A stretch of DNA of 64,000 nucleotides from Terriglobia bacterium (GCA_963666975.2 CAXVYR010000004.1:864001-928000), one strand, 5' to 3'. Positions 1-11,652 are shown, counted from the stretch's first letter. A program made the numbers and translations. Notes: generated by a model not told the origin, from the sequence alone.

Positions 1-107
1 TACTTGGCAGCATCGGGGAGGGTCAGGGAACTGCCATCGACGAGCCTGAGTTGCAACGCTGGAAAAGGATCACCCGCGTCGAGCTTTTTTACTTCCACTT
101 GAGCCAT
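1..107 (-). CDS. Partial (N-terminus) peroxiredoxin/AhpC-TSA (redoxin) family protein
   Basis: Manual translation MAQVEVKKLDAGDPFPALQLRLVDGSSLTLPDAAK, with the GDxFP redoxin N-terminal motif. Strong SD (TAGGAGGT) at 113-120 on the minus strand. Runs off the window edge. Confidence 0.65.
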   Translation of the reverse strand, partial: MAQVEVKKLDAGDPFPALQLRLVDGSSLTLPDAAK

Positions 108-288
108 AACTTACCTCCTAATTAGTGTTTACTTGCCTCAGCATCGGGGAAAAGAAAGCCACGGCCCCTCAGGGGACCGCGCATGAATGTCACGCTTGGA
201 CCGCAAGTGGGATAGCGTGGGGCGATTTCCAAGGGAGCCGATCGGCATCACCCGCGAGGAACTGCACTGCTCCCCTGGGGTTCCCTGA

Positions 289-999
289 CTAACTTTTTAG
301 CGTCCGGCTGAAAAGACCCAGAGTACGGGTCCAGGCGTCCTGCGCGGCGGCGGCATTGTAAACATCCGGACGGGTATCGTTAAAGAAGGCGTGGTCGGCG
401 TCGGGATAGATGCGAACTTCGCCGTTCACGCCATACTGCTGGAAGGCTTCTTTCAACTTTTCGGTCTTGGAGGCGTTGATCCACGGGTCTTTTCCGCCGC
501 CAAAGAACAGCACCGGGCAGCGAATGTTTTTTACCTGGTCGATCGGGTCCGGATGGTCGCCATAGAAGGGGACAGCGGCCTTGATCGCAGGCGTGCGGCA
601 GGCCAGCAGCAGCGCGTAGCTGCCGCCCATGCAAAAACCGATCACTCCAATGTGCTCGGCGATGTGCGCACCAGAGACCGGCTCTTTTTCTTGCAGGAAC
701 CCAAGTGCGGCCAGGAGAATTCCGACCGCCGCTTCGCGGTCCAACTCCGCCATCCAGGCGCCGGCCTGCTTCGGGTCGGAAGTAACCTTTCCTCCGTAAA
801 GGTCCGGAGCCAGCGCCACAAACCCTTCTCCGGCCAGACGGCGGGTGATGTCTTTGATGTGCTCGTTCAGTCCCCACCATTCCTGGACAACCAGGATACC
901 CGGATAGTCTCCGGCGCCGCTGGGCCGCGCCTCGTAAGCCGCTGCCGTCCCGCCCTCCAGGGGAAACTTCACCATGCGCGTCTGAATATTGGCCTGCAC
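289..999 (-). CDS. Dienelactone hydrolase family protein
   Basis: QEWWGLN, GFCMGG nucleophile motif and YPDADHAFFND catalytic His motif. Confidence 0.93.
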   Translation of the reverse strand: MQANIQTRMVKFPLEGGTAAAYEARPSGAGDYPGILVVQEWWGLNEHIKDITRRLAGEGFVALAPDLYGGKVTSDPKQAGAWMAELDREAAVGILLAALGFLQEKEPVSGAHIAEHIGVIGFCMGGSYALLLACRTPAIKAAVPFYGDHPDPIDQVKNIRCPVLFFGGGKDPWINASKTEKLKEAFQQYGVNGEVRIYPDADHAFFNDTRPDVYNAAAAQDAWTRTLGLFSRTLKS

Positions 1000-1077
1000 G
1001 ATTTTACTTTCCTGTGGTTTCGGAAATTGCTTATTGCGATCCGGGAACTTCGGATGACCAACTCTTCAGCCGGCTCT

Positions 1078-2496
1078 TCAACTGGCTCCGCGACCAGAGA
1101 GCACGCGGGGAATGGTTCGCAGCAGAATCTTGAAGTCCAAGGCCAGCGACCAATTGTCAATGTATTCCATATCCAGCTTCATCCACCGCGCGAAATTGAG
1201 CTGGTTGCGGCCTTCCAGCGCCCACAGGCACGTCAAGCCCGGCTTCATGCGCAGCCGCCGCCGCTGCCACTTTTCGTATTGCGCGGTCTCTTGAGGCAGC
1301 GGAGGCCGGGGCCCGACAAAGGACATGTCCCCCTTGAGAATGTTGAACAGCTGGGGCATCTCGTCCAGGCTGATCTTGCGCAGGATTCTTCCCACCGGCG
1401 TGACCCGCGGGTCCTTGGCGATTTTGAAGACCGGGCCGTCCATCTCATTGAGGTGCGCCACTTGATGCAGCCGCTGGTCGGCGTCCTGGTACATGGAGCG
1501 GAATTTGTAGAGCCAAAATTTACGGCCGTTCAAGCCGCATCGCTGCTGGCGGTAGATCGCCGGCCCCGGCGAGGTGACCCTCACCAGCGCCGCCGCGATC
1601 ACCAGCAGCGGGGCAGTGAGCAGACACATCCCGGCAGCTAGCCCAAGATCGAGCGCCCGTTTCAAGAATAATAGATATTCGTTTTCCGGCGCACTGCTGA
1701 AGGTAAGCAGGGGAAAGTGCTCGAGCTTCTCAAGCGATATTTCCGAGTGAATGTGGGGGAAAAAGTCCACCAGCACTCGCGTCCTCACCCCCTGCTCCTC
1801 GCAAAGCAAGAAGAGGTCCTCCATTTTTTCCAGCCAGGATTTGGAAACGGCGAAGATGATCTCGTCGATATGGCCCTCGAGTAACCGGGGAAGTTCCTCC
1901 AGTTCCCGCAAAGGATACCGGTGGCTGAGGTTCTCCTCGGCAGGCGGGGCCCCCTCCGGTTCCCGCACAAAACCGAGAACCTGATCGCCCTGCTCCTGGT
2001 TCTTCTCGATCAAGCGAGCTACTTCCACCGCCTTGGGACCGGTCCCGACGATCAGATAACGACGGCCGCCGGCCAGATCGCGCTGGAGAACCCGGCGCAG
2101 CTTGCGGCCAGCGAGCCGGTAAACTGCCTGGAACAGGAAGTTCAGGAACAGGAAGAATGCTACAAAGGAACGGCTGATTTCGCCGAGCTGAAAAAGATAA
2201 ATCGCTGTCGCCAGCGCCACTCCCAGCCAGAAGGATTGGTAGATGGTGTTGCGGATCATGTAGCGGGCGTTAAAGCTTTCGAGTCGCCTGTAAACCCCCA
2301 GAAACAGGCCGGTGCCCGCCCAAACCACCAGCGCGGTTCCCAGCAGTCCGGCGGTCACTCCATAGGAAAGGAAAAACAGCTGCATCTGCGGCATGTGGGC
2401 TCGGAGCAGATAGGCAACCTCAAAGGAAACAGCGACAAGAATCAGGTCGGAAAAAGCAAACAACAACCACAGAAGCCGGGCGCGGTGAGTGAACAT
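1078..2496 (-). CDS. Exopolysaccharide polyprenyl glycosylphosphotransferase (WcaJ/WbaP-like sugar transferase)
   Basis: N-terminal TM helices, Rossmann-like middle, C-terminal KFRSM...DPRVT...SLDEMPQL...[10 protein letters not shown]. The start could alternatively be at 2523. Confidence 0.92.
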   Translation of the reverse strand: MFTHRARLLWLLFAFSDLILVAVSFEVAYLLRAHMPQMQLFFLSYGVTAGLLGTALVVWAGTGLFLGVYRRLESFNARYMIRNTIYQSFWLGVALATAIYLFQLGEISRSFVAFFLFLNFLFQAVYRLAGRKLRRVLQRDLAGGRRYLIVGTGPKAVEVARLIEKNQEQGDQVLGFVREPEGAPPAEENLSHRYPLRELEELPRLLEGHIDEIIFAVSKSWLEKMEDLFLLCEEQGVRTRVLVDFFPHIHSEISLEKLEHFPLLTFSSAPENEYLLFLKRALDLGLAAGMCLLTAPLLVIAAALVRVTSPGPAIYRQQRCGLNGRKFWLYKFRSMYQDADQRLHQVAHLNEMDGPVFKIAKDPRVTPVGRILRKISLDEMPQLFNILKGDMSFVGPRPPLPQETAQYEKWQRRRLRMKPGLTCLWALEGRNQLNFARWMKLDMEYIDNWSLALDFKILLRTIPRVLSGRGAS

Positions 2497-2770
2497 GGCT
2501 GACTGAATTCCCGTGAACGGCATCCAGAACCGAAAGCTCCAAGCCCGCCCGGGATCGCGTTCTCGGTTCCGGTCCTAATCCATAAAGCCATTCGGGAAAG
2601 CGGCAACCGAATCTTACCAGAGAACACTCTTTGCTGGCAAGAAATTGCACTCACCATTAGGGTTGCCAGAGCTTGCCTCTAGCTCGCCGCCCTGTCCCGC
2701 GGCCATCGAGCGGCGGTTCCCTGAAGGGTTCCGGCTCGGTGGGAAGGGTGGCAGGAAAGGGTGGAAAATC

Positions 2771-2800
2771 TTGCAGTTGCCGCCGCCGCCCGCGTACAAT
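2771..2800 (+). promoter_or_regulatory. Putative sigma70 promoter for the secretin gene
   Basis: TTGCAG (2771-2776), 18-bp spacer, TACAAT (2795-2800). The GTG start lies 7 nt downstream. Confidence 0.45.
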
Positions 2801-2806
2801 CAAAAG

Positions 2807-4540
2807 GTGATAAAGAAGCGCTTCCAGGCCCTCGGCATAGCGGCTCTTGGAGCGGGAATCTGGCTGGCATGCGGTTCCATCGCCTGGTCCACCCTGATCC
2901 CCGCGCAGGTATCCGAGCGCGCACGACCGGCCTTCGCCACCTCTGTTGCCTTCGAGCTGCGTTCCCAAGTGGAGCAAGCCAGCTTCAACCTGCGCCGGGC
3001 TAGCCTGCGGGCGATTTACGAGGCCATTGCGGATGCCTACGGAATCCGGTTGATCTATGACAGAGACCTCGGAGAGCTGGACCTCGTGAGCGACTTTCGC
3101 CTGCAAGACGCCACGCTCCGGGAGGCGCTGGATGCGGCGGAGAATATCTCCAAGACGTTCGTGGCTCCCGTCGACGAGCGGACGGGCGTGATTGCCTCCG
3201 ACACCCCTCAAAAGCGGGGAGAGTTTGAGCGGCAGGTTCTGCGGACCTTCCACATGGACGACCAAACCACGCCGGAGCAATTGACCGAGATCACAACGGC
3301 CCTGCGGAGCCTGCTCGACTTGCGCCGCGTGGCCCAGGACACCCGTTCCAACTTAATCAGCGCCCGGGGACGTGTCCGGCAGATGATTGCCGCCGGAGAG
3401 TTTGTCCAAACCTTTGCGAAGCAGCAGGGCGAAGTGATGTTGGAGGTGGAGATTTTAGAGTTCAACCACCAGCGGGCGCGGGAGCTGGGAATCCTCCCGC
3501 CGCAGCCCTTCCGGCTGATCTTCTTGGGGGAAGACGCCTCGCCGTCCTCTGAGCCGTTGCTCACCTTCGGCCAGGGCCGGAGCTTCTATGGCGTCGGCCT
3601 TCCGGGCGCTGAGGTGCGAATGAGCTTTTCCTCCTCGGTAGTGCGTTCCCTCCGGAAGCTCCAACTGCGGGCTTCCCATAGCCAGGAGGCGAACCTGCTG
3701 GCGGGCGAGCGATTCCCTGTGATCAGCGCCTCTCTGACCTCTAGCTTCTTCACCGGCGACACCACGCAGCAGCCTTCCAGCGCCGACATAGGCTTTTTTC
3801 CCTCCATCCAATATGAGAATTTGGGTGTCACGATTACAGCCACTCCATACCTCCATGCCGGGCGCGAACTGACCCTGAAGCTGGACCTGGCGCTGCGGGC
3901 GCTGGGCGGGGAGGCCCTGAACGGAGTTCCCGTTATCACCAACCGCCAGCTGACCGGCCAATTTCGCCTGCGGGACGGGGAGAGCTATCTGATCGGCGGC
4001 ATCCTGGACCGCACCGAGCGGAAATCGCGCTCCGGTTTTCCCCTGCTTTCCCGGATACCCTGGGTGGGGCGGTTGTTTGGGGGACACGACAGTCAGGAGA
4101 GGGTAACAGAGATGTTGATCCTCATCCGGCCTCGCATTCTTCGGCCGGCCGTGGCCGAACAGTACGCTTCCCGCGCCATCTTTTTTGGCAAGGAACTGAC
4201 GGGATTGCCTGCCGCGCCGGCTCCTCCTGCACCTCAGGCTCCTGCACCTCCCGCCCCCGGACAGCCTCCTGCTACGCCCGGCGCTCCAGGCGGAGCGCAG
4301 CCGGGAGTGCCTCAGCCTGGCGTGCCGACACCGGGACAGGTCCAGCCGGGGACGTTTCAGCCGGGCATACCGCAGCCGGGCAACCGTCCGCAGGGCGTGG
4401 TGCCTGGAAACTTGTTTCCACAAGGCGTGGTTCCGCCGGGCTTCCCTCAGCCCACCCAACCCCGGCCCAACCAGCCTCAATTTACCCAGCCACAATTGAA
4501 CCAACCTCAATTTGTCCAGCCAGGCCAGCAGCGGCCTTGA
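2807..4540 (+). CDS. Secretin (type II/III secretion GspD/PilQ family) with Pro/Gln-rich C-terminal tail
   Basis: Signal-peptide-like N-terminus from GTG 2807. Secretin C-domain motifs YENLGVTITATP, LRDGESYLIGGI, FPLLSRIPWVGRLF and EMLILIRPRIL. QPG/QPQF low-complexity tail. Confidence 0.85.
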   Translation: MIKKRFQALGIAALGAGIWLACGSIAWSTLIPAQVSERARPAFATSVAFELRSQVEQASFNLRRASLRAIYEAIADAYGIRLIYDRDLGELDLVSDFRLQDATLREALDAAENISKTFVAPVDERTGVIASDTPQKRGEFERQVLRTFHMDDQTTPEQLTEITTALRSLLDLRRVAQDTRSNLISARGRVRQMIAAGEFVQTFAKQQGEVMLEVEILEFNHQRARELGILPPQPFRLIFLGEDASPSSEPLLTFGQGRSFYGVGLPGAEVRMSFSSSVVRSLRKLQLRASHSQEANLLAGERFPVISASLTSSFFTGDTTQQPSSADIGFFPSIQYENLGVTITATPYLHAGRELTLKLDLALRALGGEALNGVPVITNRQLTGQFRLRDGESYLIGGILDRTERKSRSGFPLLSRIPWVGRLFGGHDSQERVTEMLILIRPRILRPAVAEQYASRAIFFGKELTGLPAAPAPPAPQAPAPPAPGQPPATPGAPGGAQPGVPQPGVPTPGQVQPGTFQPGIPQPGNRPQGVVPGNLFPQGVVPPGFPQPTQPRPNQPQFTQPQLNQPQFVQPGQQRP

Positions 4541-4599
4541 AGGCAGCTGGCGGCATCTTCTCCAAGGTATAATCAAGCAGTATCTAGGGAACCCTTAGA

Positions 4600-7500
4600 A
4601 TGCCCTTGTCGAATTTCCATCCCGCCGTCGCGGAGTGGTTTGAATCCACCTTCTCGGCTCCCACCGAGCCGCAGCGTGTGGGATGGCCGGCCATCCAATC
4701 CGGTGAGGACACGCTGATCGCCGCGCCCACCGGCTCCGGCAAGACGCTGGCGGCATTCCTTGCGGCGATTGATTCTCTGGTCCGGCAAGGAATTGAAGGC
4801 ACGCTCGCCGACGAAACGCAGGTTGTCTACGTCTCGCCTCTCAAAGCCCTCAGCAATGACGTAAAGCAGAACCTCACCGTGCCGCTCACCGGCGTGCGCG
4901 ACGTGCTGCTGCGGATGGGCCTGCTATCGCCTGAAATTCGCGTCTGGGTGCGCACGGGCGACACACCTGCCTACGAGCGCCAGAAGATGCTCGGAAAGCC
5001 TCCGCACATCCTGGTAACCACGCCGGAGTCGCTTTACATTCTGCTGACGGCGGCAAAAAGCCGCCGGGTGTTGCGGACGGTACGCACCGTAATTGTCGAT
5101 GAAATTCACGCCGTCGCCCGCGACAAGCGGGGCTCGCACCTGGCGCTGACGCTTGAAAGGCTCGACGCGCTGGCCAGCGAAAAGCCGGTCCGGATCGGCC
5201 TTTCCGCCACGCAAAAGCCGATTGAAGAAGTCGCGCGCTTCCTGGTGGGCACGCGGAGGCTCGAAGGCGCGGGCAACCCCCGCTGCACCATCATCGACAC
5301 CGGCCACGCCCGCAAGCTCGACCTCGCCGTCGAGGTACCCGGCTCACCGCTCACCGCCGTCTGCTCGAATGAAACCTGGGAGGAGATCTACGACCGCATC
5401 GCGGCGCTGGTCCGGGCTGAGCGCACGACGCTGATCTTTGTGAATACGCGGCGGCTGGCCGAGCGCGTTACCATGCACCTCAGCAAGCGCTTAGGCGAGG
5501 ATAAAGTCACCTCGCATCACGGCAGCCTTTCGCGCGCGCAACGGCTGCGCGCCGAGCAGCGCCTGAAGGCAGGCGAGTTGCAAGCCCTGGTCGCCACGGC
5601 GTCGCTGGAACTAGGCATCGACATCGGCACGGTCGATCTGGTCTGCCAGATCGGCTCCCCGCGCTCGATCGCTACATTCTTGCAGCGTGTGGGCCGCTCC
5701 GGCCACACGCCTAACAACAAGGAAGGGGGAGCGGTTCCTCGCGGGCGCATTTTCGCCCTCAGCCGGGATGAGCTGGTGGAGTGCGCCGCGCTGCTGCGTG
5801 CCGTCCGCCGGGGGCGTCTCGACCGCCTGAACATTCCGGAGAAACCTCTCGACATCCTGGCGCAGCAGATTGTCGCTGCGGCGGCGGCCGAGGAGCAGGA
5901 CGGGAAGTGGGGCGAGGGAGGGAGCCAAGGATGGAATGAGGACGAACTCTACGAGCTTTGCCACGGCGCCTTCCCTTACCGGAACCTCACGCGGGAAGAA
6001 TTTGACGAGGTGGTGCAGATGCTGGCCGAAGGCTTTTCCACGCGCCGGGGGCGCAGCGCGGCGCATCTACACTATGACGGCGTGGGGCGGCGCATCCGCG
6101 CCCGCAAAGGCGCGCGCCTGGCTGCCATCACCTCCGGCGGAGCCATTCCCGATAACGCCGACTATCGGGTGATCCTGGAGCCGGAAGGAACGTTCGTTGG
6201 CACGGTGAACGAGGATTTTGCCATCGAGAGCATGGCGGGCGACATTTTTCAGCTGGGCAACTCGGCATGGCGAATCCTTCGGGTGGAGCTGGGGCAGATT
6301 CGCGTAGCGGATGCGCGCGGGGAGTCTCCCACGATTCCCTTCTGGCTGGGAGAGGCCCCGGCGCGCACAGCGGAGTTGTCCGCGGAGGTCTCCGAGCTGC
6401 GGGAAGAGGTGGAAGCGCGATTGGACCTGCCGGAGGAGGCCCTGCGCTGGCTCGAAGCCGAGGCGGGCCTCAACCGGGCGCAGGCGGAACAGATCACCGA
6501 GTACCTGGGTGCGGCGCGAACAGTCCTGGGCGTGGTGCCTACGCAAAAGACCATTGTGCTGGAGCGGTTCTTTGATTCCTCCGGCGGTATGCAGTTAGTG
6601 GTGCACGCGCCCTTCGGAGGGCGCATCAACCGGGCCTGGGGGCTCGCCCTGCGGAAGCGCTTCTGCCGCAGCTTCAACTTCGAGCTGCAAGCCGCCGCCA
6701 GCGAGGAGGCCATCGTGCTTTCGCTCGGCCTCCAGCACAGCTTTCCGCTGGAGGAGGTTTTCTCTTATCTGCACACGATCTCGGCGGAGGACTTGCTAAT
6801 CCAGGCGCTGCTGGCTGCGCCCATGTTTCAGACGCGCTGGCGGTGGAACGCCATGCGGTCGCTGGCCATCCTGCGTCACGCAGGCGGGAAAAAAGTTCCC
6901 GCCGCTTTTCTCCGCATGCGTGCCGATGATCTTCTGGTCGCCGTATTTCCCGACAGCGCCGCCTGCGCCGAGAACCTCTCCGGCCCCATTGAGGTGCCCG
7001 GCCACCCGCTGGTCCGGCAGACGGTGGGGGACTGCCTGCGAGAGGCGATGGACATCGACGGGTTCCTGGCGCTGCTTCGCGCGATAGAACAGAAAAAACT
7101 CCGGCTGGTTGCCCGCGACACCACCGAGCCTTCGCCGCTCTCGCACGAAATTCTGAACGCCAAGCCCTACGCATTTCTCGATGACGCGCCGCTGGAGGAG
7201 CGCAGGGCGCGTGCGGTGGAGACGCGCCGGACCCTCGACTTCCGTTCTGCCGAGGAACTGGGCAGGCTCGATTCGCAGGCTATTGAAGCCGTCAGGCAGC
7301 AGGCATGGCCGGAGGCGGAAAATCCCGATGAGTTGCACGACGCGCTGATGCTGATGGGTTTTCTGGGCGAACAGGAGCAGCCGGAGTGGGAGCCTCTCTT
7401 CCATGCGCTTGCCGGCGCTCGCCGGGCGGCGCGGCTCGAAACGGGAACGGCGCAGGCGCTTTGGATTGCCGCAGAGCGGAAGCCGCAGTTCGACCAGCTA

Positions 7501-8952
7501 TATCCCGGAGCGGTCTGCCAGCCTGCCATCCAGGCTCCAACGCGCGAGCAGGCGCGTGACTGGAACAAAGAAGAAGCTTTGGTTGAGATCGTGCGGGGGC
7601 GGCTGGAAACGCTGGGTCCAGTAACGGTAGAGGCGGTGGCGGGTTCAATGGGACTCGCGGCGGCGGAGGTCGAGCCTGCCGTGGCGGCTCTCGAAAAAGA
7701 AGGCTTTGCCCTGCGTGGACATTTCACCGGCTCACAGGCCGTCGAGTGGTGCGAACGGCGGTTGCTGGCCCGCATTCACCGCGCCACGCTGGACCGCCTG
7801 CGTAAGGAGATCGAGCCGGTGACGGCTGCGGAGTTTATGCGCTTCCTGTTCGCCTGGCAGCACGCCGAGACGGAGTCCCGCCTGGAAGGGCCCCTCGGCC
7901 TCTCTGCCGTAGTGGGCCTGCTCCAAGGGTTTGAAATTCCCGCCGCGGCTTGGGAGGGCTTCGTCCTGCCCTCCCGCATGGCGCGTTATGACCCGGCATG
8001 GCTTGACCAGCTTTGTTTGTCCGGCGAGCTGGCCTGGGTCCGGCTCTCTGTGCCTGCTGAAACCAACGGCCGCCACCCTGGCGCGAACCGGGCCTCGCCC
8101 GTCGCGCTGCTCTACCGGGAACAGATGGAAGCATGGCTGTCGCCTGCCGGAGCGCGATCACCGGACGGCAATGGCGCGGGCATGGGCAGCAGCGCACGAC
8201 AGGTGCTCGATTACTTGCAGCTTCGGGGGGCGTGTTTCTTTCAGGACTTGGTTTCCGGAACCGGCCTGCTGCGGACCGAAGTGGAGGAGGCCCTGCGCGA
8301 ACTCATTGCCTGCGGATGGGTGACCGGAGACGGCTTCGCGGGCCTGCGCGCCCTGGTGATTGCCCCGGATAAAACTTTGGGAACCAGCCCTGCCAAAAAC
8401 AAAGACGGACGGCCTCGCATTCTGCCGGTGATTCCGCCCACGGCCGGCCGCTGGTCGGTTTTGCGGCGCGAGAACCATGACTCCGGACATGACTCCGAAA
8501 AACAAATCGACACGGTGGAGCTTTGGGCACGGCAACTGTTGCGCCGGTATGGTGTCGTGTTCCACCGGCTGCTGGAGCGGGAAAACGGGCTGCCGCCGTG
8601 GCGGGAACTGCTCAACCGGTTCCGGAGGCTCGAGGCGCGCGGCGAGATTCGCGGAGGACGTTTCGTGGCCGGATTTTCCGGGGAACAGTACGCCCTGCCG
8701 GAGGCCATCCCGCCGTTACGGGCAACCCGCCGGAAAGAGGCCGCCGGCCACTTTCTCGTTCTCTCTGCGGCGGACCCTTTGAATTTGGCGGGGATCACAA
8801 CGCCGGGGCAGAAGATCGCGGCTGTCGGCGGGAATCGCGTCCTTTACCGCGACGGCATTCCCCTGGCAGCCCGGGAGGGAGGAAGCTTGATCGAGCTGCA
8901 TCCCTCCGCCGCCGAGTTCCAGGCGGAGATTCGGGCGCGACTGGGGAAATAA
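4600..8952 (+). CDS. lhr: Lhr-family DEAD/DEAH-box helicase (long form with C-terminal winged-helix region)
   Basis: [38 protein letters not shown] and QRVGRSGH motifs. C-terminal [10 protein letters not shown]...RGGRFV...GEQYA. Confidence 0.92.
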   Translation: MPLSNFHPAVAEWFESTFSAPTEPQRVGWPAIQSGEDTLIAAPTGSGKTLAAFLAAIDSLVRQGIEGTLADETQVVYVSPLKALSNDVKQNLTVPLTGVRDVLLRMGLLSPEIRVWVRTGDTPAYERQKMLGKPPHILVTTPESLYILLTAAKSRRVLRTVRTVIVDEIHAVARDKRGSHLALTLERLDALASEKPVRIGLSATQKPIEEVARFLVGTRRLEGAGNPRCTIIDTGHARKLDLAVEVPGSPLTAVCSNETWEEIYDRIAALVRAERTTLIFVNTRRLAERVTMHLSKRLGEDKVTSHHGSLSRAQRLRAEQRLKAGELQALVATASLELGIDIGTVDLVCQIGSPRSIATFLQRVGRSGHTPNNKEGGAVPRGRIFALSRDELVECAALLRAVRRGRLDRLNIPEKPLDILAQQIVAAAAAEEQDGKWGEGGSQGWNEDELYELCHGAFPYRNLTREEFDEVVQMLAEGFSTRRGRSAAHLHYDGVGRRIRARKGARLAAITSGGAIPDNADYRVILEPEGTFVGTVNEDFAIESMAGDIFQLGNSAWRILRVELGQIRVADARGESPTIPFWLGEAPARTAELSAEVSELREEVEARLDLPEEALRWLEAEAGLNRAQAEQITEYLGAARTVLGVVPTQKTIVLERFFDSSGGMQLVVHAPFGGRINRAWGLALRKRFCRSFNFELQAAASEEAIVLSLGLQHSFPLEEVFSYLHTISAEDLLIQALLAAPMFQTRWRWNAMRSLAILRHAGGKKVPAAFLRMRADDLLVAVFPDSAACAENLSGPIEVPGHPLVRQTVGDCLREAMDIDGFLALLRAIEQKKLRLVARDTTEPSPLSHEILNAKPYAFLDDAPLEERRARAVETRRTLDFRSAEELGRLDSQAIEAVRQQAWPEAENPDELHDALMLMGFLGEQEQPEWEPLFHALAGARRAARLETGTAQALWIAAERKPQFDQLYPGAVCQPAIQAPTREQARDWNKEEALVEIVRGRLETLGPVTVEAVAGSMGLAAAEVEPAVAALEKEGFALRGHFTGSQAVEWCERRLLARIHRATLDRLRKEIEPVTAAEFMRFLFAWQHAETESRLEGPLGLSAVVGLLQGFEIPAAAWEGFVLPSRMARYDPAWLDQLCLSGELAWVRLSVPAETNGRHPGANRASPVALLYREQMEAWLSPAGARSPDGNGAGMGSSARQVLDYLQLRGACFFQDLVSGTGLLRTEVEEALRELIACGWVTGDGFAGLRALVIAPDKTLGTSPAKNKDGRPRILPVIPPTAGRWSVLRRENHDSGHDSEKQIDTVELWARQLLRRYGVVFHRLLERENGLPPWRELLNRFRRLEARGEIRGGRFVAGFSGEQYALPEAIPPLRATRRKEAAGHFLVLSAADPLNLAGITTPGQKIAAVGGNRVLYRDGIPLAAREGGSLIELHPSAAEFQAEIRARLGK

Positions 8953-9023
8953 AAAGCCGTTGGCCGTTCCAATCCGAACGGGACCCAGGTGGTTTCGATG
9001 GAGCAGCTAAAGATCGGCTTCCG

Positions 9024-10487
9024 CTAATGGACAGCACGAACAGGCTCTTGCGGATTCAGTTGGTGGAACTTGGACAGAATAGAAAGGGCTTCGACAGGCG
9101 CAAGCTCCACCGTCCCCATCGAGTCTTCCACGTACTCCCCGCGTCGCATGCCGTTCAGGACACAGGAGACCCCGTCCAGGTGCAGCAGCACGTTCTGGGA
9201 CATTCGGCTGAGCGATTCTTCCGTCTTCGGGTAACCGGCCTGCTGCAGCTGTTTGCGCAAATGGTCGGAGGCTCCTTGCTGGGACGCCGCCAGGTGCCGC
9301 GCAATCTGTTCAAAGATTCGGGGAAGGCTATCGCCGAATTTTTGCAGCCACTCATCCCACTCCTTCCGGCCCCCGTATAACTGCTGGCACTGCACCGCCC
9401 ACCGTTCAATGGGCTGGACGATGTGCTCCGCAAATACCGCCTCCCAATGGGAGGGAGACTTGATCTGTGGAACGATCACTTCCAGGTAGCGGGCAATGCC
9501 GCCGTCATCGCCGTAGAGCAGCGGGATGTCGAACTGATCCTCCAAAACCTGCTCCATCTTGTGCAGGGGTTCGAGCAGCGAGTGCAATTGTTCCTTTCCC
9601 GGAAGCTTCTCGCCGGGCTTCAGGAAGTCGGCCAGCCGCATCATCTGATGGTTAAAAAATGCGTTCAGCGGGCGGTTGAGGAGCACTCCGATGCCTTTCT
9701 CCCGGCAGAACTCCAGCACCGTCTGCCCGTTGTTGTTGGCCTCCAGCGCCCCGCCGCTTTCGTAGAGATTCATGGGAAGCTGCACCACCCGGAAGTGATG
9801 ATCGGCCGCCACCGACTCGGCAGCCTCCCAGCAGCGGCTGACGCTGGTCTGTGTGCGGCTGGAGGAGGCCATCCCGTAGTTGTTGGAGCTGATGCCGTAC
9901 CAGCGGATCTTTCCCTCGGCGACTTTTCCTTCCAAAAATCGGAATGCCTCCTGCACCCTGCGGTAGAACTCCTGGTGGTCCTTTTCGGTGATGATCTTGT
10001 GGTGTGCCTGGTGTTCCAGGTAGTACTCCGGATTGTGGAGCAGGTAAACGTCGATTACCTTTTGCCTCATTCGCTCGGCGCTCCGGATGAGTTGGGTCTC
10101 CAGAAACTCCGGATGGATGGAGTGCCAGAGCCCTTCCCCGTACTCCACCACCTCGGGAAATTTCCGCTGCAGCGCAAGCTTCATGTTCTCGCCCTGGATA
10201 TACCCGCCCTTGGTTACCACGATCACCTGTTCCCGGGGAATATCCTGGAGGAGCTTCCCGACCAGCGTCTCGGAGCGTCCGTCGGCGTAGTTGGCGCTGG
10301 TGTCGATCAGGTTTCCGCCCTGCTCCAGATAGGCGCGCAGGGCGGCTTCGTGCGTGGCATTGCCCTCCGCCACGCGATAACAGCCGAAACCCATTGGGTG
10401 GCAGCGCAGCCCGGTGTTGCCCAGCGGCCGCAAGCATTGGTTGTTCGAGTGCTTGCCGGGATGTTTGTCAGATTTTTTGTTCGCCAT
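9024..10487 (-). CDS. Aldo/keto reductase family protein with large helical insert
   Basis: GFGCYR, NLIDTSANY, TKGGY, DVYLLHNPE and GKIRWYGISSN motifs. Confidence 0.85.
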   Translation of the reverse strand: MANKKSDKHPGKHSNNQCLRPLGNTGLRCHPMGFGCYRVAEGNATHEAALRAYLEQGGNLIDTSANYADGRSETLVGKLLQDIPREQVIVVTKGGYIQGENMKLALQRKFPEVVEYGEGLWHSIHPEFLETQLIRSAERMRQKVIDVYLLHNPEYYLEHQAHHKIITEKDHQEFYRRVQEAFRFLEGKVAEGKIRWYGISSNNYGMASSSRTQTSVSRCWEAAESVAADHHFRVVQLPMNLYESGGALEANNNGQTVLEFCREKGIGVLLNRPLNAFFNHQMMRLADFLKPGEKLPGKEQLHSLLEPLHKMEQVLEDQFDIPLLYGDDGGIARYLEVIVPQIKSPSHWEAVFAEHIVQPIERWAVQCQQLYGGRKEWDEWLQKFGDSLPRIFEQIARHLAASQQGASDHLRKQLQQAGYPKTEESLSRMSQNVLLHLDGVSCVLNGMRRGEYVEDSMGTVELAPVEALSILSKFHQLNPQEPVRAVH

Positions 10488-10558
10488 TGTTTTCTGCGCT
10501 GTTCGATATGTAAAAATACCGCGCTTGATTCAAACCGGCCACCTCAGCCTGCTGCTTC

Positions 10559-10906
10559 TCAGAAAGGCTCTTCGGGAGTAATCTCAACCGGCAGCCCGTC
10601 GCCCCAGCCGTACCTGTTGCGCGCCAGCTTCTGAGCCCGTTGCCACGATTCGCGGTCCCGCTCCTCGTCGAGGGCGCGCGCCATGGCTCTCCACTCCCGG
10701 CCGCCGATGCGAACGCGCACGCGGGGATTGCACTCAATGTTCCGCACCCAATAGGCACGATGGAAGTGCTCGGCGAGAAGATACAGCTTACCATCACAGG
10801 CCACGAACCATATCTCAATCTCGCGCGGAAGCCCCGACTGGTGGCCCGTTGTGGTCAGGTAAAGCACCCGATAGTCAAGGACATTTTCCTGACCTGCGTC
10901 CAACAT
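10559..10906 (-). CDS. Deazaflavin(F420)-dependent nitroreductase-like split beta-barrel protein (DUF385/Ddn-like)
   Basis: LYLTTTGHQSGLPREIEIWF...WVRNIECNPRVRVRIG. The real start is placed at ATG 10906, because the longer ORF overlaps leuD in another frame. Confidence 0.75.
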   Translation of the reverse strand: MLDAGQENVLDYRVLYLTTTGHQSGLPREIEIWFVACDGKLYLLAEHFHRAYWVRNIECNPRVRVRIGGREWRAMARALDEERDRESWQRAQKLARNRYGWGDGLPVEITPEEPF

Positions 10907-11004
10907 GCAAGAGTTCGCCCTCCCCCCGGCTTCCGTTGCCGGAGAAACAATCCGGCTCGCAAAATTTCCAACGGGACGGACTGGCAGGCTTGCCTTTCGC
11001 TGGG

Positions 11005-11619
11005 CTAGATTCCTATCGTCGTTTGAACTCTGGGCGGGTGGGATTCTTCGTAGGCGCGGATGTGGGATTCCTGTTTCAGCAGATACCCCAACTGGTCCAC
11101 TCCCGCCAGAAGGCATTGCTTGGAAAAATTGTCGATCGGGAAGCTGACGGTCTTTCCGCCCGGCAGCGTGACGGTCTGGGTAGCCAGATCGACGGAGACC
11201 TTGAGATTCGGGTCCTTCTCCACCTGCCGGAACAGATCGGCATGGACATCGGGAGGGATCACCACGGGCAGCAGCCCGTTCTTGAGGGAGTTGCCCTGAA
11301 AGATGTCGGCAAAGGAAGTGCTCAGCAAGGCCCGGAACCCGAAGGCAAACAATGCCCACGGCGCGTGCTCCCGCGAGCTGCCGGAACCGAAGTTCCTGCC
11401 TGCCAGAAGAATCTGTGCCCCTTTGGCTCGCGGCTGATTCAGAATGAAATCCGGCAGGGGTTTTCCGTCCTCATCAAAACGCCAATCGCGGAACAGATAC
11501 TGGTCCATGCCCGCCTTGTCGGTCACCTTCAAAAACCGCGCCGGAACGATGATATCCGTGTCCACGTTCTCGTTCGGGAGAGGCACCAGCCGGCTGGTGA
11601 TTTTTGTAATGGGTTTCAT
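11005..11619 (-). CDS. leuD: 3-isopropylmalate dehydratase small subunit
   Basis: NVDTDIIVPARFL, NFGSGSSREHAPWAL and FADIFQGNSLKNGLLP. Adjacent to leuC. Confidence 0.97.
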   Translation of the reverse strand: MKPITKITSRLVPLPNENVDTDIIVPARFLKVTDKAGMDQYLFRDWRFDEDGKPLPDFILNQPRAKGAQILLAGRNFGSGSSREHAPWALFAFGFRALLSTSFADIFQGNSLKNGLLPVVIPPDVHADLFRQVEKDPNLKVSVDLATQTVTLPGGKTVSFPIDNFSKQCLLAGVDQLGYLLKQESHIRAYEESHPPRVQTTIGI

Positions 11620-11652
11620 AGGGGCTCCTCATGGGTTCTCAGTATCTGGCCT

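Noticed and set aside
1-107. Selenocysteine in the redoxin
   Set aside because: The active-site motif lies outside the window and cannot be assessed.
10907-11359. N-terminal extension of the 266-aa ORF
   Set aside because: Overlaps leuD in another frame; only the last ~115 aa look like a real protein.
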